Shown piece after piece: positions 1-12,094 of a stretch of 64,000 bases of DNA; the stretch's first letter is position 1; every line of letters begins with the position of its first letter. A program made the translations under genes and the position numbers. Source of the DNA: Raja brachyura (taxonomy: Eukaryota); the NCBI GenBank assembly GCA_963514005.1, contig OY740814.1:10168001-10232000 (forward strand), read 5' to 3'. The notes beneath the pieces were generated by a model. It searched no databases. It was given only the letters and a program-made list of their open reading frames with translations, and was not told the DNA's origin.

Positions 1-1216
1 TTGACTTGGCCACACAAGAATTGACCTTGTTTTAGCTTTGAAAAACTTCTTTGTTGCTTTAGAGAGATGTTTGGGATCATTGTCTTGCTGCAGAATGAAC
101 TGCCAGTCAATGATTTTTGAGGCATTTGCTTGAACTTGAGCAGATAGGATGTGTCTATACACTTCAGAATCCATTATGCTACTACCATCAGCAGTTGTAT
201 CATAAATGAAGATAAGTGAGCCAGTTCCTTCAGCAGCCATACATGCCCAGGCCTTGACACCCCCACCACTGGGTTTCACAGATGAGGTGGTATGCTTTGG
301 ATCTTAGGTTGTTCCTTCTCTCCTCCATACTTTGCTCTTGCCATCACTCTGATATGTTAATCTTCGTCTCATCTGTCTGCAAGACCTTTATTCAGAACTG
401 TGGTTGCTCTTTTAAAACTGTAACCTGGCCATCCTATTTTTACGACTAACCAGTAGTTTGCATCTTGCACTGTAGCCTCTGTATTTCTGTTCATGAAGTT
501 TTCTGTGGACAGTGGTCGTTGACAAATCCACACCTGACTCCTGAAGAGTGTCTCTCATCTGTCAGACAGGTGTTTGGGGATTTTTCTTTATTATAGAGCG
601 AATTCTTCTGTCATCAGCTGTGGAGGTCTTTCTTGGCCTGCCAGTCCCTTTGTAATTAGTAAGCTCACCAGTGCTCTCTTTCTTCTTAATGATGTTCCAA
701 ACAGTTGATTTTGGTAAGCCTAAGGTTTGGCTGATGTCTCCAAACAATTTTATTCTTGTTTCTCAGTCTCATAATGGCTTCTTTGACTTTCATTTGCACA
801 ACTTTGGTCCTCATGTTGATAAACAGCAATAAAAGTTTCCAAGGGTGATGGAAAGACTGGAAGAAAGATGAGGTGCTGAGAGCTCTCTTATACGTGCATT
901 AAGAAGGCAATTAAAGGCATTTGAGCAATTACAAATTCCTGTGAAGCCATGTGTCCCAAACATTACGGTGCCCTGAAATTTGGGGGGGGGGGGGGGGGGG
1001 GGTGGGGACGGGACGGGACGGGACGACGACTATGTATAAACACTGCTGTAATTTCTACACAGTGAAAACAAAATGTATAAAAATGGCCTTTAATAAAATC
1101 TGACCATGTGCACTTTTACCACATGTGATTTTCTCTATTACAAATCCCAAATTGTAGAGTACAGTGGCAAATAAATAAATGATGGGTCTTTGTCCCAAAC
1201 ATTATGGAGGGCATTA
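1..1216 (-). mobile_element. Tc1-family DNA transposon, cut by the window edge, with decayed transposase
   Basis: ORF 562-747 has the paired-like HTH and GRPRK motif (ISQTLGLPKSTVWNIIKK..GRPRKT). Long terminal IR at ~950-1216 ends ..CAAACATTATGGAGGGCA. Same family as 5279-7616. Confidence 0.93.
982..1030 (+). repeat. G21 run plus (GGGAC)n expansion inside the Tc1 inverted repeat
   Basis: Read directly; the homologous position near 7421 has only G7. Confidence 0.85.
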
Positions 1217-1489
1217 TATGCTCTTATTTTAGACCTCCATCCAGCTCTGCTTTGCACACTGTAAACCCTCCACTGTCCCACAGTTCTGAGCAAGGGTCGC
1301 TCACCAGAAACGTTGACTGGTTTCTCTTTCCATGGATGCTGCTTGACTGGATGAGTTTTGCGTTTTTGTTTTTTTAATTTTGTTTTTTTATCCAGATTCC
1401 AACACCTGCAATTTTATTTGAATTTTGATTTGCACTCCATCTTAAACTGTTCTCTTTGTCCTGAAGCTATTCCCACCTGTTCAAGACGC

Positions 1490-2020
1490 GTAAATGGAAC
1501 TATTTTCCCTGCATTTATTTTGTCAAGCCCCCTCAGAACCTGATACATTTCATTAAGGTCACCTCTTATTCTTCCATACATCATTGAATATAAGCAAAAT
1601 CTGCTGAACCTTTCATCATGAGACAACTTTGTTATGCTGGGATTTAGGCTAGTAAACTTCTTCTAAACTTCAAATGCAAGTATACCGCCTCCTTAAATAA
1701 AAAGACAAAATCTGTATGCTGTACTCAACAATGGTTTATCTAGTTTAGTGTTATTTTTATGCCTCATTTTCATTAAAGGCCAATATTCCATTTTCCTACC
1801 CAATTACCATCTGTATTTGCTTGCTACTTCATGTAAAATACCTTCAAGGATCTCTGAATAGCAACATTCACTCCATTTTAACCGTCCTACCTTTCCCTTC
1901 TTACTCGGTAACCGTGAGTCCCCAGTTATAGTCCATCTGACATTTTGTTGCCCACTTGCTTAACCTAACCCTATATGTTTGCAAGTCTCCTAACTTGCTT
2001 TGCCACATCAGCAAATTTAC
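1490..2020 (-). mobile_element. Old CR1 LINE remnant
   Basis: ORF 1414-1626 RIRGDLNEMYQVLRGLDKI is a typical CR1 C-terminus. Confidence 0.7.
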
Positions 2021-2203
2021 TGTGGAAGAGAATGCAAGGAGATCAAATCTGTGCACAGCATTTAAATTGAGGCCTAGCCAAGGTCATGTACAAAGACAAT
2101 CAAGTTTATTATAGTAAATCTATACTATAAATCATCCATTAGTTTCATGTTCATTAATCATGAATGCCATATATCTAATAACTCTTTCTATTTTTTCATC
2201 AAG

Positions 2204-2355
2204 GTTGTGAAATTGAAAGGGCAAGTCCTATCAGTGATGTACCGTTTCCGAACAAAAAGCAGAGAATGGTTATGGATACGGACAAGCAGTTTTACTTTCC
2301 AGAATCCTTACTCAGATGAAATTGAATATATAATCTGCACCAATACAAATGTAAA
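2204..2355 (+). CDS. ARNT2: ARNT2 coding exon (end of PAS-B/PAC)
   Basis: Pyrimidine tract and AG at 2202-2203. Encodes [50 protein letters not shown](K). Donor GTAAGT at 2356, phase 2. Confidence 0.95.
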
Positions 2356-3039
2356 GTAAGTGTACATAAAAGATGTGTTCAGTCGTGATGTATGAAAATG
2401 GACCAGTTAAAAGTGAATTACAGGTATGGTTCACGTTTAAGGTGGTCACGTGAGGTGGGTTTATCCATCAGGTATTTGGTTCATCTTCCTTTATTGAACA
2501 AGCCAGGGGGCAATAAATCAAAATTTACAGTGCATGAAAGCTTGAGTCTTCTGATGTTAAGGGGGGATGAAGGAGTCTTTATCGGTGAAACTGCATGCAG
2601 AAACGGCAAGTAATCTTTAAGTTCTGTAAGCTTTGACAGAGCAAGTTAATGTCAGAAGCACAGACCAGGGTCTGTGTCAATGCAGGTCTCTATTCCATTG
2701 CAATCCCTGATTCTGCAAGAAACACAGAAGGTTATGCCTGGAGCAGTGTCGAACATATCTAAGAATACATGTGATCTGATCACTTCTATCAAAGATAATC
2801 TTTTTGTTCTACTCTTCCCAGTTTCCACCATCTTGGCCAACAAAACCAAACTTGTTTTCTCTCTTTCCAGTTCTGCAGAACGGTCAAGGATTTGAAACAT
2901 TGGCAATTTCTCTTTTCACAGATGCTGCCTGACCTCCTGAATGTTCACAACATTTTCTATTTGTATAGCTAAAAATGAGGTGCCATCTGTTGTGTTTTAG
3001 TCTCGATCATTTCAGAAGCTGGGATGAACCAGTTACTGC

Positions 3040-3510
3040 ATGAAAAGGTCAGAAATGAAGATGTCCAGTCATAGTTGCACAATGTTCAGTTTCATTTGCA
3101 CCTCCTCAGGAAATGGACTTGTCCAGGTCTGCATGCAACAAGATCTGGAAAGCCATGGGCTGCTAACATGGGCATGTAATGTTACAGCCACAACAGTGCC
3201 AATTCAAGAAATGTTCTAACAAGAGGGAGTCCAACCAGCTGCTTTTGATATTTCATGATATTATCATGGACTACACCCAGTCTCATTAGCATTATGGGGG
3301 TCATCATTCACCAGAGATCTCATAGCCATGTGAGTACTATGGCTACCAGAGCATGTTAGCTGTTGGATACCCTGTGGTGAGAGACTCCTGACATGGTTTT
3401 TCCATCATGTGCACAAATCACGAGCACAGTGAAATACTCCCCACATGCCTGGTTGAATGCAGCATTAATAATTCTAAAGTTCAACACCATCCAGGTCAAA
3501 CTAGCCCATT
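3040..3510 (+). mobile_element. Old CR1/L2-group LINE remnant
   Basis: Degenerate RT C-terminus (AQITSTVKYSPHAW..FNTIQVK). Related 3' pieces at 38900-39110, 40273-40470 and 59700-59990. Confidence 0.55.
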
Positions 3511-5563
3511 TGTATACAATGGATTCATGCTTCCAGACTATGGCTTGTGTTATTCTATTCATGGTATTTTTTGATGTTGACAGTGGTTCTTCTCTCCCAT
3601 ATATTGACTTTATTGTCTTTTTGTTTTTTTATGTATCTATATAACAAAAAACAAATAAAGTGAAAATGGGAGAAAATAAATATATTATGTTTATTGCAGT
3701 GGTTCAAAGATTAACAAATCTGTCTTGTATAAGAATATTTTTCACACCCTATTTGCTCAAAATAATTGTGGATTTGGATTGTTTTCTCATGCAATAGATT
3801 GATGATATACTCGAAAGGAATATTGTTATGGGTATAAATTTCTATTAATTTTCTATTTAGCTTGCAGAATGCATGTCTTGGGGAATAATAATCATCCTAA
3901 TCATTTATTGTGTACAAAAGGATATTGTTACAACTTTCATGATAATGGTATTTATCACAGGAGGTTTAACTAGGCTTTGAACTCCAATAGGTTAATTTAA
4001 TGTATTTTAAAATGTGCAGTCCATTACCTCTCAAAGCTGCCCCTTCTCTGTGATTAGAATGATATCTTGCAATAATAATAACTCAAGACACTGACACCCT
4101 GAATGTGAAGGGCCCAGTCATGAGCTGCATGCCTGATGTTTGAATGTGCCATATAATAAAACAACATTATGATGATTTATGACTAATTTAATTTGCTGAC
4201 CTATCATTGCAACATTCTTGATCCTCCTTACTGCTTTATTGCAATGAAATTGTGAGGCCAAGTTAAAATTCCTAATTGCTGCAATCATTCACAGCAAATA
4301 TGCCTTTCACTGATAATTTGGCTGCATTTTGAATATGGTAGTGGGTGAGCCATGGCAAGAGCAATCCATAAATATCATGATGAAGGAAAAAAACAAAAAA
4401 CTATGGCAATCTGAAATAAAAATAGAAAATGCTGGAAACGTTCAGCCGGTCAGATAGCATCTGTGGACAGAAAAACAAAGTTAATGTTTCTGATCAAAAG
4501 CCCAGCGTCAGAACTGAATAACATATTTGGGTTATAGACAGTATCTCTCTTCCTAATTTAAAAAGTATGTTTCATGTGGAGGAATGTATAATAATTTCAC
4601 AAATATTTATCCATCTTGCAATCTATGTTGACAAGATGAGCGAATTAACTCATTTTGTACATCACAAAATAAATTGCGTTCCTCCATGACCTGATTGTTA
4701 TATGCTCTATATCAAAACACTCACTGATGAACAATGTGCTTAAAATAGCCATTGACAATATTATTTCTTTAAAGCATTGGAGTAAACAGCAGTGCGTTGG
4801 CCCAAGCCTCCTAAACTTGCTCTCCTGTTTAACCAACGGTGGTCATTACTGCTTGTACTTTGGACCGTTTTGACAGAATAATCAGCTGTGAGCATTCCTC
4901 CTTGTTGCATGAGGTACCATTTTCATGATAGCAGTACGATAGGGTTATTTTAATTGATTGCAGATAAATTTCTGACTCGTACGTGTAAAATCTGAAAAGT
5001 TCAACGACCCATCAAACAGATTGACATTTCAAATATGTTTAATTTTGCAATAGCCTCCATGGTTCATTGATGTTGTGTCAGGCATGAAATGTTAAATGTA
5101 TTTATATTTGACGTCAACATAGTTTTGAAGAAAACAGCCTGGGAACTTTTTATTTGTTCATTTTTGTGGAATTTGCTGGCAAGACCAGCATTTATTACCA
5201 TCCTAATTACTCTTGAATTAATGGTAGTAGGTGCTTGCTAGAAGCTCTGCAGTTCAACTTTGTTTGAATGTGATAATACAGTGCCCTCCATAATGTTTGA
5301 CGAAGACCCATCATTTATTTATTTGCCTCTGTACTCCACAATTTGAGATTTGTAATAGAAAAAAATCACATATGGTTAAAGTGCACTTTGTCACATTTTA
5401 TTAAAGGGTATTTTTATACATTTTGGTTTCACCATGTAAAAATTACAGCTGGATTTATACATAGTCCACCCATTTCATGGCACTATAATGTTTGGGACAC
5501 ATGGCTTCACAGGTGATTGTAATTGCTCAGGTGTGTTTAATTGCCTCCTTAATGCAGGTATAA

Positions 5564-6286
5564 AGGGGCTGTATTAGGGAGACCTAATCTGCGCGTTTAG
5601 AAGAGTTTTCCCTCAACTCAAACTCGCAGCATGGTCGACATGTGGTCCTAGGAGGTCCTATGAGGTCACTGGAACTCTCCTTCATGCTTGAGGGAAGTTC
5701 CCGCATACTCGCGGCCTCAGTTTGGTCGAGTAAAAATTTGTCGGCATGGTTCTTTTGAACTCGTAGTGCAGTGGAGTGGGGTCGCTATGTAGTTATAGGC
5801 AGTTGAGGGCAGCCATAGGCAATCTCCTTTGCTGACCGGGCATTTTAATTGGCTCATTGGAGTTTTCAGGACCAAGGAAAACTGACCGGTAAGTTAAAAG
5901 CCTGCTAAGCGTTATTAAAAGTTATCCAGCTTCTTAAAAGTGTCTCTCCCCCCCCCACCCTTCTCCCCCCTTTCTCCCCCCTTCTCTCCCCCTCTCTCAC
6001 CATCTCTCCCCCCCACTCCCCCCTCCCCCTGCGCTCTCTAAAGGACTTACCCTACACTGTGCAGCCGTCTTTTACCTTCCTGTTCATTGCAGGTGTGAAT
6101 TTCAGACAGCACTGCGCCGCTTTCCCTGCCCCCCGCCTTTGCGATGTGTTTGTGTGTGTGGTCAGACGATCCAGCTCGCGGTTTCATTGCTGACGGTCGA
6201 TCCAGCTCGAGGTTTTTCAGACGAGTGCCCTCGAGCTTGAAGGTCGAAGACAGTCGCTGAAAGGTTGCATCAGTGGGACAAGCCCT
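5564..6286. mobile_element. PIF/Harbinger-type non-autonomous element nested in Tc1
   Basis: TAA on both sides (5561-5563, 6287-6289). Right TIR AGTGGGACAAGCCCT; left TIR degenerate. The empty site is seen in the other Tc1 copy (~878-900). Confidence 0.85.
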
Positions 6287-6364
6287 TAAGAGAGCTCTCA
6301 GCACCTAGTCTTTCCTCCAGTCTTTCCAACACCTTTTGGCAAACTTTTATTGTTGTTTATCAAC

Positions 6365-7363
6365 ATGAGGACCAAAGTTGTGCAAATAAAAGTCAAATAA
6401 GCCATTATGAGACTAAGAAACAAGAATAATACTGTTAGAGACATCAGCCAAACCTTAGGCTTACCAAAATCAACTGTATGGAACATCATAAGAAGGAGAG
6501 CACTAGTGAGCTCACTAATCGCAAAGGGACTGGCAGTCCAAGGAAGACCTCCACAGCTGATGACGGAAGAATTCTCTCTATGACAATGAAAAATCCCCAA
6601 ACACCTGTCTGACAGATCAGAAACACTCTTCATGAGTCAAGTGTGGATTTGTCAATGACCACTGCCCGCAGAGACTTCATGAACAGAAATACAGAGGCTG
6701 AGATGCAAACCACTGGTTAGCCGCAAAAATAGGATGGCCAGGTTACAGTTTGCCAAGAAGTACTTAAAAGAGCAACCACAGTTCTGCAAAAAGGTCTTGT
6801 GGACAGATGAGGCGAAGATTATCTTATATCAGAATGATGGCAAGAGCAAAGTATAGAGGAGAGAAGGAACTGCCCAAGATCCAAAGCATACCACCTCATC
6901 TGTGAACACAGTGGTGGGGGTGTTATGGCTTGGCGTGTATGTCTGCTGAAGGTACTGGCTCACTTATCTTCATTGATGATACAACTGCTGATGGTAGTAG
7001 CATAATGAATTCTGAAATGTATAGACATATCCTATCTGCTCGTTCAAACAAATGCCTCAAAACGCATTGGCCGGTGGTTCATTCTACGACACGACAATGA
7101 TCCCAAACATACTGCTAAAGCAACAAAGGAGTTTTTCAAAGCTAAAAATTGGTCAATTCTTGAGTGGCCAAGTCAATCACCCGATTTGAACCCAATTGAT
7201 TTGCTGAAGAGAAAACGGAAGGTGACTGGCCCCCAAAACAAGCATAAGCTGCAATACAGGCCTGGCAGAGCATCACCAGAGAAGACCCAGCAACTGGTGA
7301 TGTCCATGAATCGCTGACTTAAGCAGTCATTGCAAAGGATATGCAACAAAATACCAAACATGA
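6365..7363 (+). pseudogene. Tc1 DD34E-type transposase pseudogene
   Basis: ATG at 6365 (MRTKVVQIKVK*), then WTDEAKI, DNDPKH and WPSQSPDLNPI motifs with stops and frameshifts. Confidence 0.9.
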
Positions 7364-8029
7364 CTACTTTCATGTACATGACATTGCTGTGTCCAAAACA
7401 TTATGGTGCCCTGAACATTATGGGGGGGACGATGTATAAACATTGCTGTAATTTCTACATGGTGACACCAAAATGTATAAAAATGTCCTTTATTACAATC
7501 TGACAATGTGCACTTTAACCACATGTGATTTTTTCTATTACAAATCTCAAATTGTGGAGTGCAGAGGCAAATAAATAAATTATGGGTCTTTGTCCCAAAC
7601 ATTATGGAGGGCACTGTAGATCATTTTGGGGTGGCTTTTAAGAGTCGACCACACAGGGTGGGATTTGGAGTAACATTTCGGCCAGATCAGGTTCTATAGC
7701 AAATTTACTCCCCTGAGAGCAATTATCCCTCACTCGTCCTAGTTTGGGATGTGGAGTGCTTGTTTGTAATATGCTATCCATACTCCATTTTGTTTCTTGT
7801 CAGGGTCTTAGCATTGTCTCTTCAAAGGTCTGTTAGTCAGTCATGTAGCAATTGAAGCCTTATGAAGCCACACCTCAGACCTCTGGGTTTGAGCTCTTTC
7901 TGGTTTTATAATGCTGTGCGCTCTCCAGGTGGTAAACTTCAATAGTTAAAGGAGATTTTATCAAAACTCTAAATTGCTTGCATTTGCTTCAGACCATCTG
8001 AAACCCTTACTCATACTCTTGACGCCGTA

Positions 8030-8470
8030 GACTCAGCTATCTTATTTCTTTACTACCTTGCACCATACATCACTCTGAGCTCACCCAACCTTTTGCTGCT
8101 TGTATCCTAATTCAGAGTCCTGTGCACCTTTTCACTCTGTGCTCAATGAACTAAATAGGCTCACAAACGAACCATGATTCAACTTTAAAATTCGCACTAC
8201 TAATCTAAGTTCCCTCCTTGTCCTGCCTTCACCCTATGCATTTAATGTTTGCCTTGCAAGGATACTGTACTTCTCGAATTCTGGGTTCTTGTGCACCTTT
8301 TCCCTCCATTGGCAGCCTTGTGTGCAGCTGTCCATACCACAGGCATTTTAATCCCCTCGCTTCAACTTCCTCACGTCTCCACTTATTTTCCTTTAAGATG
8401 CTCCTTAAATATGATATCACCTCTTGCATCGGCTGTATTTTACTACTTCTATCATGAACCTTGCCAGTTC
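8030..8470 (+). mobile_element. Old L2-like LINE 3' remnant
   Basis: Degenerate L2-like C-terminal pattern (TTTAAAATTC = FKI context) and pyrimidine-rich tail; similar piece at ~33640-33950. Confidence 0.45.
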
Positions 8471-10453
8471 AACACACTATGATCATAATAGGTAGACAAA
8501 AGTGCTGGAGAAACTCAGCGGGTGCGGCAGCATCCATGGAGCTGTTTCGGAGAACATTTAAGAATCAATCACAAAGCTGGGGTCTGGTCACATATAGTTC
8601 AGATTTCTAATACCATTGCAGTTTTTCCTTTTCTTTCTGTCAAGATGATCTTTCTTTGTTTGAGCTACACTTTTTGAATCTTGGGGTTAATTGGTCTGCC
8701 CCTGTGAAATGATGTCTATTCAACCCAAGACAGGCAGTTCACTAAATTTGTGCTGAATACAGATAACTCTAACCTTTAACGCCTCTGTAGAAAGCCCGAT
8801 TTCATGAGCCGGGTCAGTTAAATACAGTAAACTGCCTCAGCCAGCTTGTGCATTTTAAATTAACAATATATTGTGGTTTAGCAACTGGCAGAAGATGTCA
8901 CAGAGGTGATTAGAACTGGTGGAAAAATTCATGGTGCATATAAAAGAGAGCAAACTTAATGATATTGTTAACTGCATTGTCAGCATTGACGGTAAAGATG
9001 GTTAGGTGAGATGTGAAGGTGGATGGGTGAGATGTACTGTATTTACAGAGAGACAGTTGCAAAATAATATGGTCCAGACCAGCTGTGGAGATCAGTGATC
9101 TCCTTCTCCAGCAACCTGCAGAGCATCTCAAGCATTTCTCTTTTACTTCAGATTTCCAGCATCTGCCTTTTGTAGGTTTCACTGACTATAAACACAAGAT
9201 GAACAAAGGCATAATTTCTGATGTAAACTTGGGTGTTCTACAGATGGATATACAAAGGAGATAGCAATTGGAGGTTTGATTTGACCTTCAGCAGGGAGCA
9301 GAAAATACAACAATTAGAAGAGTAGAAAGGCAACTTGGTAATTAAAGTTGAGATACTATTGTGGATGGTTGAATTTCAACTGTGAATGGGGAATAATAAT
9401 GAATTGTCAGGGCATTTGTAATACAATATTTGCTGCAGTATTTTGTGAAGCAAGTTTATATCCAAAAGCTATACTCGTGGTGGCCAGAGGGGGGGAAAAA
9501 ACCCTCAAATACTCAAGAAAACTGAAATGCCCCATTCAACAAATACATGTTTTAAACATAGCATGTATTTAAAATACTGCCACAGACAACAAATACAGTT
9601 TAGAATAAAGAATGGATTCCCATGTAATTGTAATCGTATGTGAAATTCTTGAGAAGGCATTCGCTAAGGCATTGTCTCTTGTCCTTCCATTCTCTCTTGT
9701 CATAAGGAAAGCAAAGCAATAGAGTCATTGAGTGTGGAATCAGGTCCTTTGGCCCATAGAGTTGATGCCAGCCATTTACACAGATCTCATTTTATTCTCC
9801 CAAAGACCTCTTCAATTTGCCCTCTCACCTACTTGGTAGGGGTAATTTATATTAGCCATTTACCCTACTGATCCATACTCAGCTGGATCTAGAAGCATTG
9901 AGGCAGTTACTAGTTATGCCACTGTGCTGTTCTCACAATGCTGTTTGTTTAGCACTTTGCAGGAATTCCCCCAAATTATTGTTAATCTCCAACAATCGAC
10001 AACCTCTTTCTTTGATGGGAATTCAGAGCAGGCTGACCCATCCTATGAATAATTAAAATACAATCATTAATATGAGCTGTATTAGATGGTGATTTTTATT
10101 AACAATTTTCTTATCAATTCTCTGCAATCCAAGTGATATTTGCAAGATTCTGAAGTTTAATTTTAAAAAAAGAACAATTGTAACAAATGCAATACATCTT
10201 CGCATACTTGTTAAGGAATTGTAAATAAAATACCCAAGAATAGATGTAGAATTTTATGTTTTGATTCTGTTTAATTATTGTTGCAGCTCATACTAGATAA
10301 ATCTGTAATCATTTAGAAGTTACGTTTTGTCTTGAAATAGTTTTGGTTTCTGCATTATAATCAGTTGGGAACCAGCTCTGTGTTCTGAAGTATGATATGT
10401 ATTTAAATAAGTGGTGCCATGATTTTTTTCCCCCCTCTTATTCTATGTTACAG

Positions 10454-10529
10454 GCAACTTCAGCAACAACAACAAGCTGAGCTGGAAGTTGGACCTAGGG
10501 AAGGTCTACCTTCCTATGACCCTTCCCAG
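10454..10529 (+). CDS. ARNT2: ARNT2 coding exon (Q-rich)
   Basis: ttacAG acceptor; the first G completes the AA|G Lys codon. Encodes QLQQQQQAELEVGPREGLPSYDPSQ. Donor GTAATG, phase 0. Matches recalled ARNT2 QLQQQQAELEV..DGLSSYDLSQ. Confidence 0.93.
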
Positions 10530-10716
10530 GTAATGTGTCACATTCTTATAAGCAATGCATCAAAACCGAGCCCATGACACAAATTGATTAATTTTTTCAA
10601 AGTTGCATGAGATTACAATTTTTTTAAAAAAGAGTGATATATCTTGTTAAATCAAAGCCTGTATTCTGGAAATAAATGATGGTATAATAGGGCTGATGTC
10701 ATTTTTTGTTTAATAG

Positions 10717-10840
10717 GTCCCCGTTTCATCTGTACCTGCTGGTGTTCAAGAGCACGGGAAATCCATGGACAAAACGGACCCATTGTTTTCACAAGACAGA
10801 GACCCCAGGTTCACCGATATCTACACTGGTATTTCACCTG
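10717..10840 (+). CDS. ARNT2: ARNT2 coding exon
   Basis: taatAG acceptor. Encodes VPVSSVPAGVQEHGKSMDKTDPLFSQDRDPRFTDIYTGISP plus 1 nt. Donor GTGAGT, phase 1. Confidence 0.93.
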
Positions 10841-11152
10841 GTGAGTTGAATTTGGATCTTTGTGTCAGTGTCATAAATTCATTACTTAAGAAGAGATCGT
10901 GTTCAGTCTTCACTTAGTTCGTTAAAAGTATTTAAGACTTTGTTTCCTTTCTGATTCTCAGTTTGATTTTATTTTTTCATAAATTGAGCAAATATGTATA
11001 AAATATCTTGGGGTCGATTCCAAGATTACAACTTTAAGTCTAAAATATCAGTTATAAAGGTAATAACTCCATAATTATAAAAGAACAGCAGGCGTATGAG
11101 GCAGCTTTAAAAATTAATCGGCTTTCATTTTTCAGACTTGCAAGTTTGATAT

Positions 11153-12094
11153 TAGAAACATATAGAAACATACAGAAACATAGAAAATAGGTGCAGGAGG
11201 AGACCATTCGGCCCTTCGAGCCTGCCACGCCATTCATTGTGATCATGGCTAATCTGTGCCTGCCTTCTTCCCATATCCCTTGACACCGCTAGCCCCTAGA
11301 GCTCTATCTAACTCTCTCTTAAATCTATCCAGTGACTTGGCCTCCACTGCCCTCTGTGGCAGGGAATTCCATAAATTCACAACTCTGGGTGAAAAAGTTT
11401 TTTCTCACCTCAGTCTTAATTGACCTCCCCTTTATTCTAAGACTGTTGCCCCTGCTTCAGGACTCACCCAACATTGGGAACATTTTTCCTGCATCTAGCA
11501 TGTCCAGTCCTTTTATAATTTTATATGTTTCTGTAAGATATCCCCTCATCCTTCTAAAATCCAGTGAATATAAGCCTAATCTTTACAATCTTTCCTCATA
11601 TGACAGTCCTGCCATCCCAAGGATCAATCTCGTGAACCTATGCTCCACTGCCTCAATCATAAGGATGTCCTTCCTCAAATTAGGAGACCAAAACTGTACA
11701 CAATATTCCAGATATTGTCTCACCAGAGCCATGTACAACTGCAGAAGAACCTCTTTATTCCTATACTGAAATCCTCTTGTTATGAAGGCCAACATTCCAT
11801 TAGCTTTCTTCACTGCCTGCTGTACCTGCACGCCAACTTTCAGTGACCGGTGTACAAGGACGCCCATGTCTCGCTGCACCTCCCCCTTACCTAACCTAAC
11901 CCCATTGAGATAATAATCTGCCCCCTTGTTTTTGCTGCCAAAGTGGTTAACCTCACATTTATCTACATTATACTGCATCTGCCATGCATCTGCCCACACA
12001 CTCAACCTGTCCAGATCACCCTGCAACCTCCTAACATCCTCTTCAGTTCACACTGCCACCCAGCTTTGCATCATCCGCAAACTTGCTAGTGTTA
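11153..12094 (-). mobile_element. CR1-clade LINE 3' fragment
   Basis: ORF 11583-12026 WQMQYNVDKCEV..LEYCVQFWSP..GLSYEERL; (TTTCTATG)n-type tail at 11153-11190. Confidence 0.92.

Larger units (their letters stand above)
5279..7616 (+). mobile_element. Full-span IR/DR-type Tc1 transposon with TA target-site duplications, interrupted by a MITE
   Basis: TA|CAGTGCCCTCCATAATGTTT...AAACATTATGGAGGGCACTG|TA. The ~220 bp IRs each carry an inner and outer (C/T)ATAATGTTT(G/T) direct repeat. Confidence 0.95.

Noticed and set aside
10455-10475. PolyQ expansion
   Set aside because: Only Q5, comparable to the ordinary ARNT2 tract.
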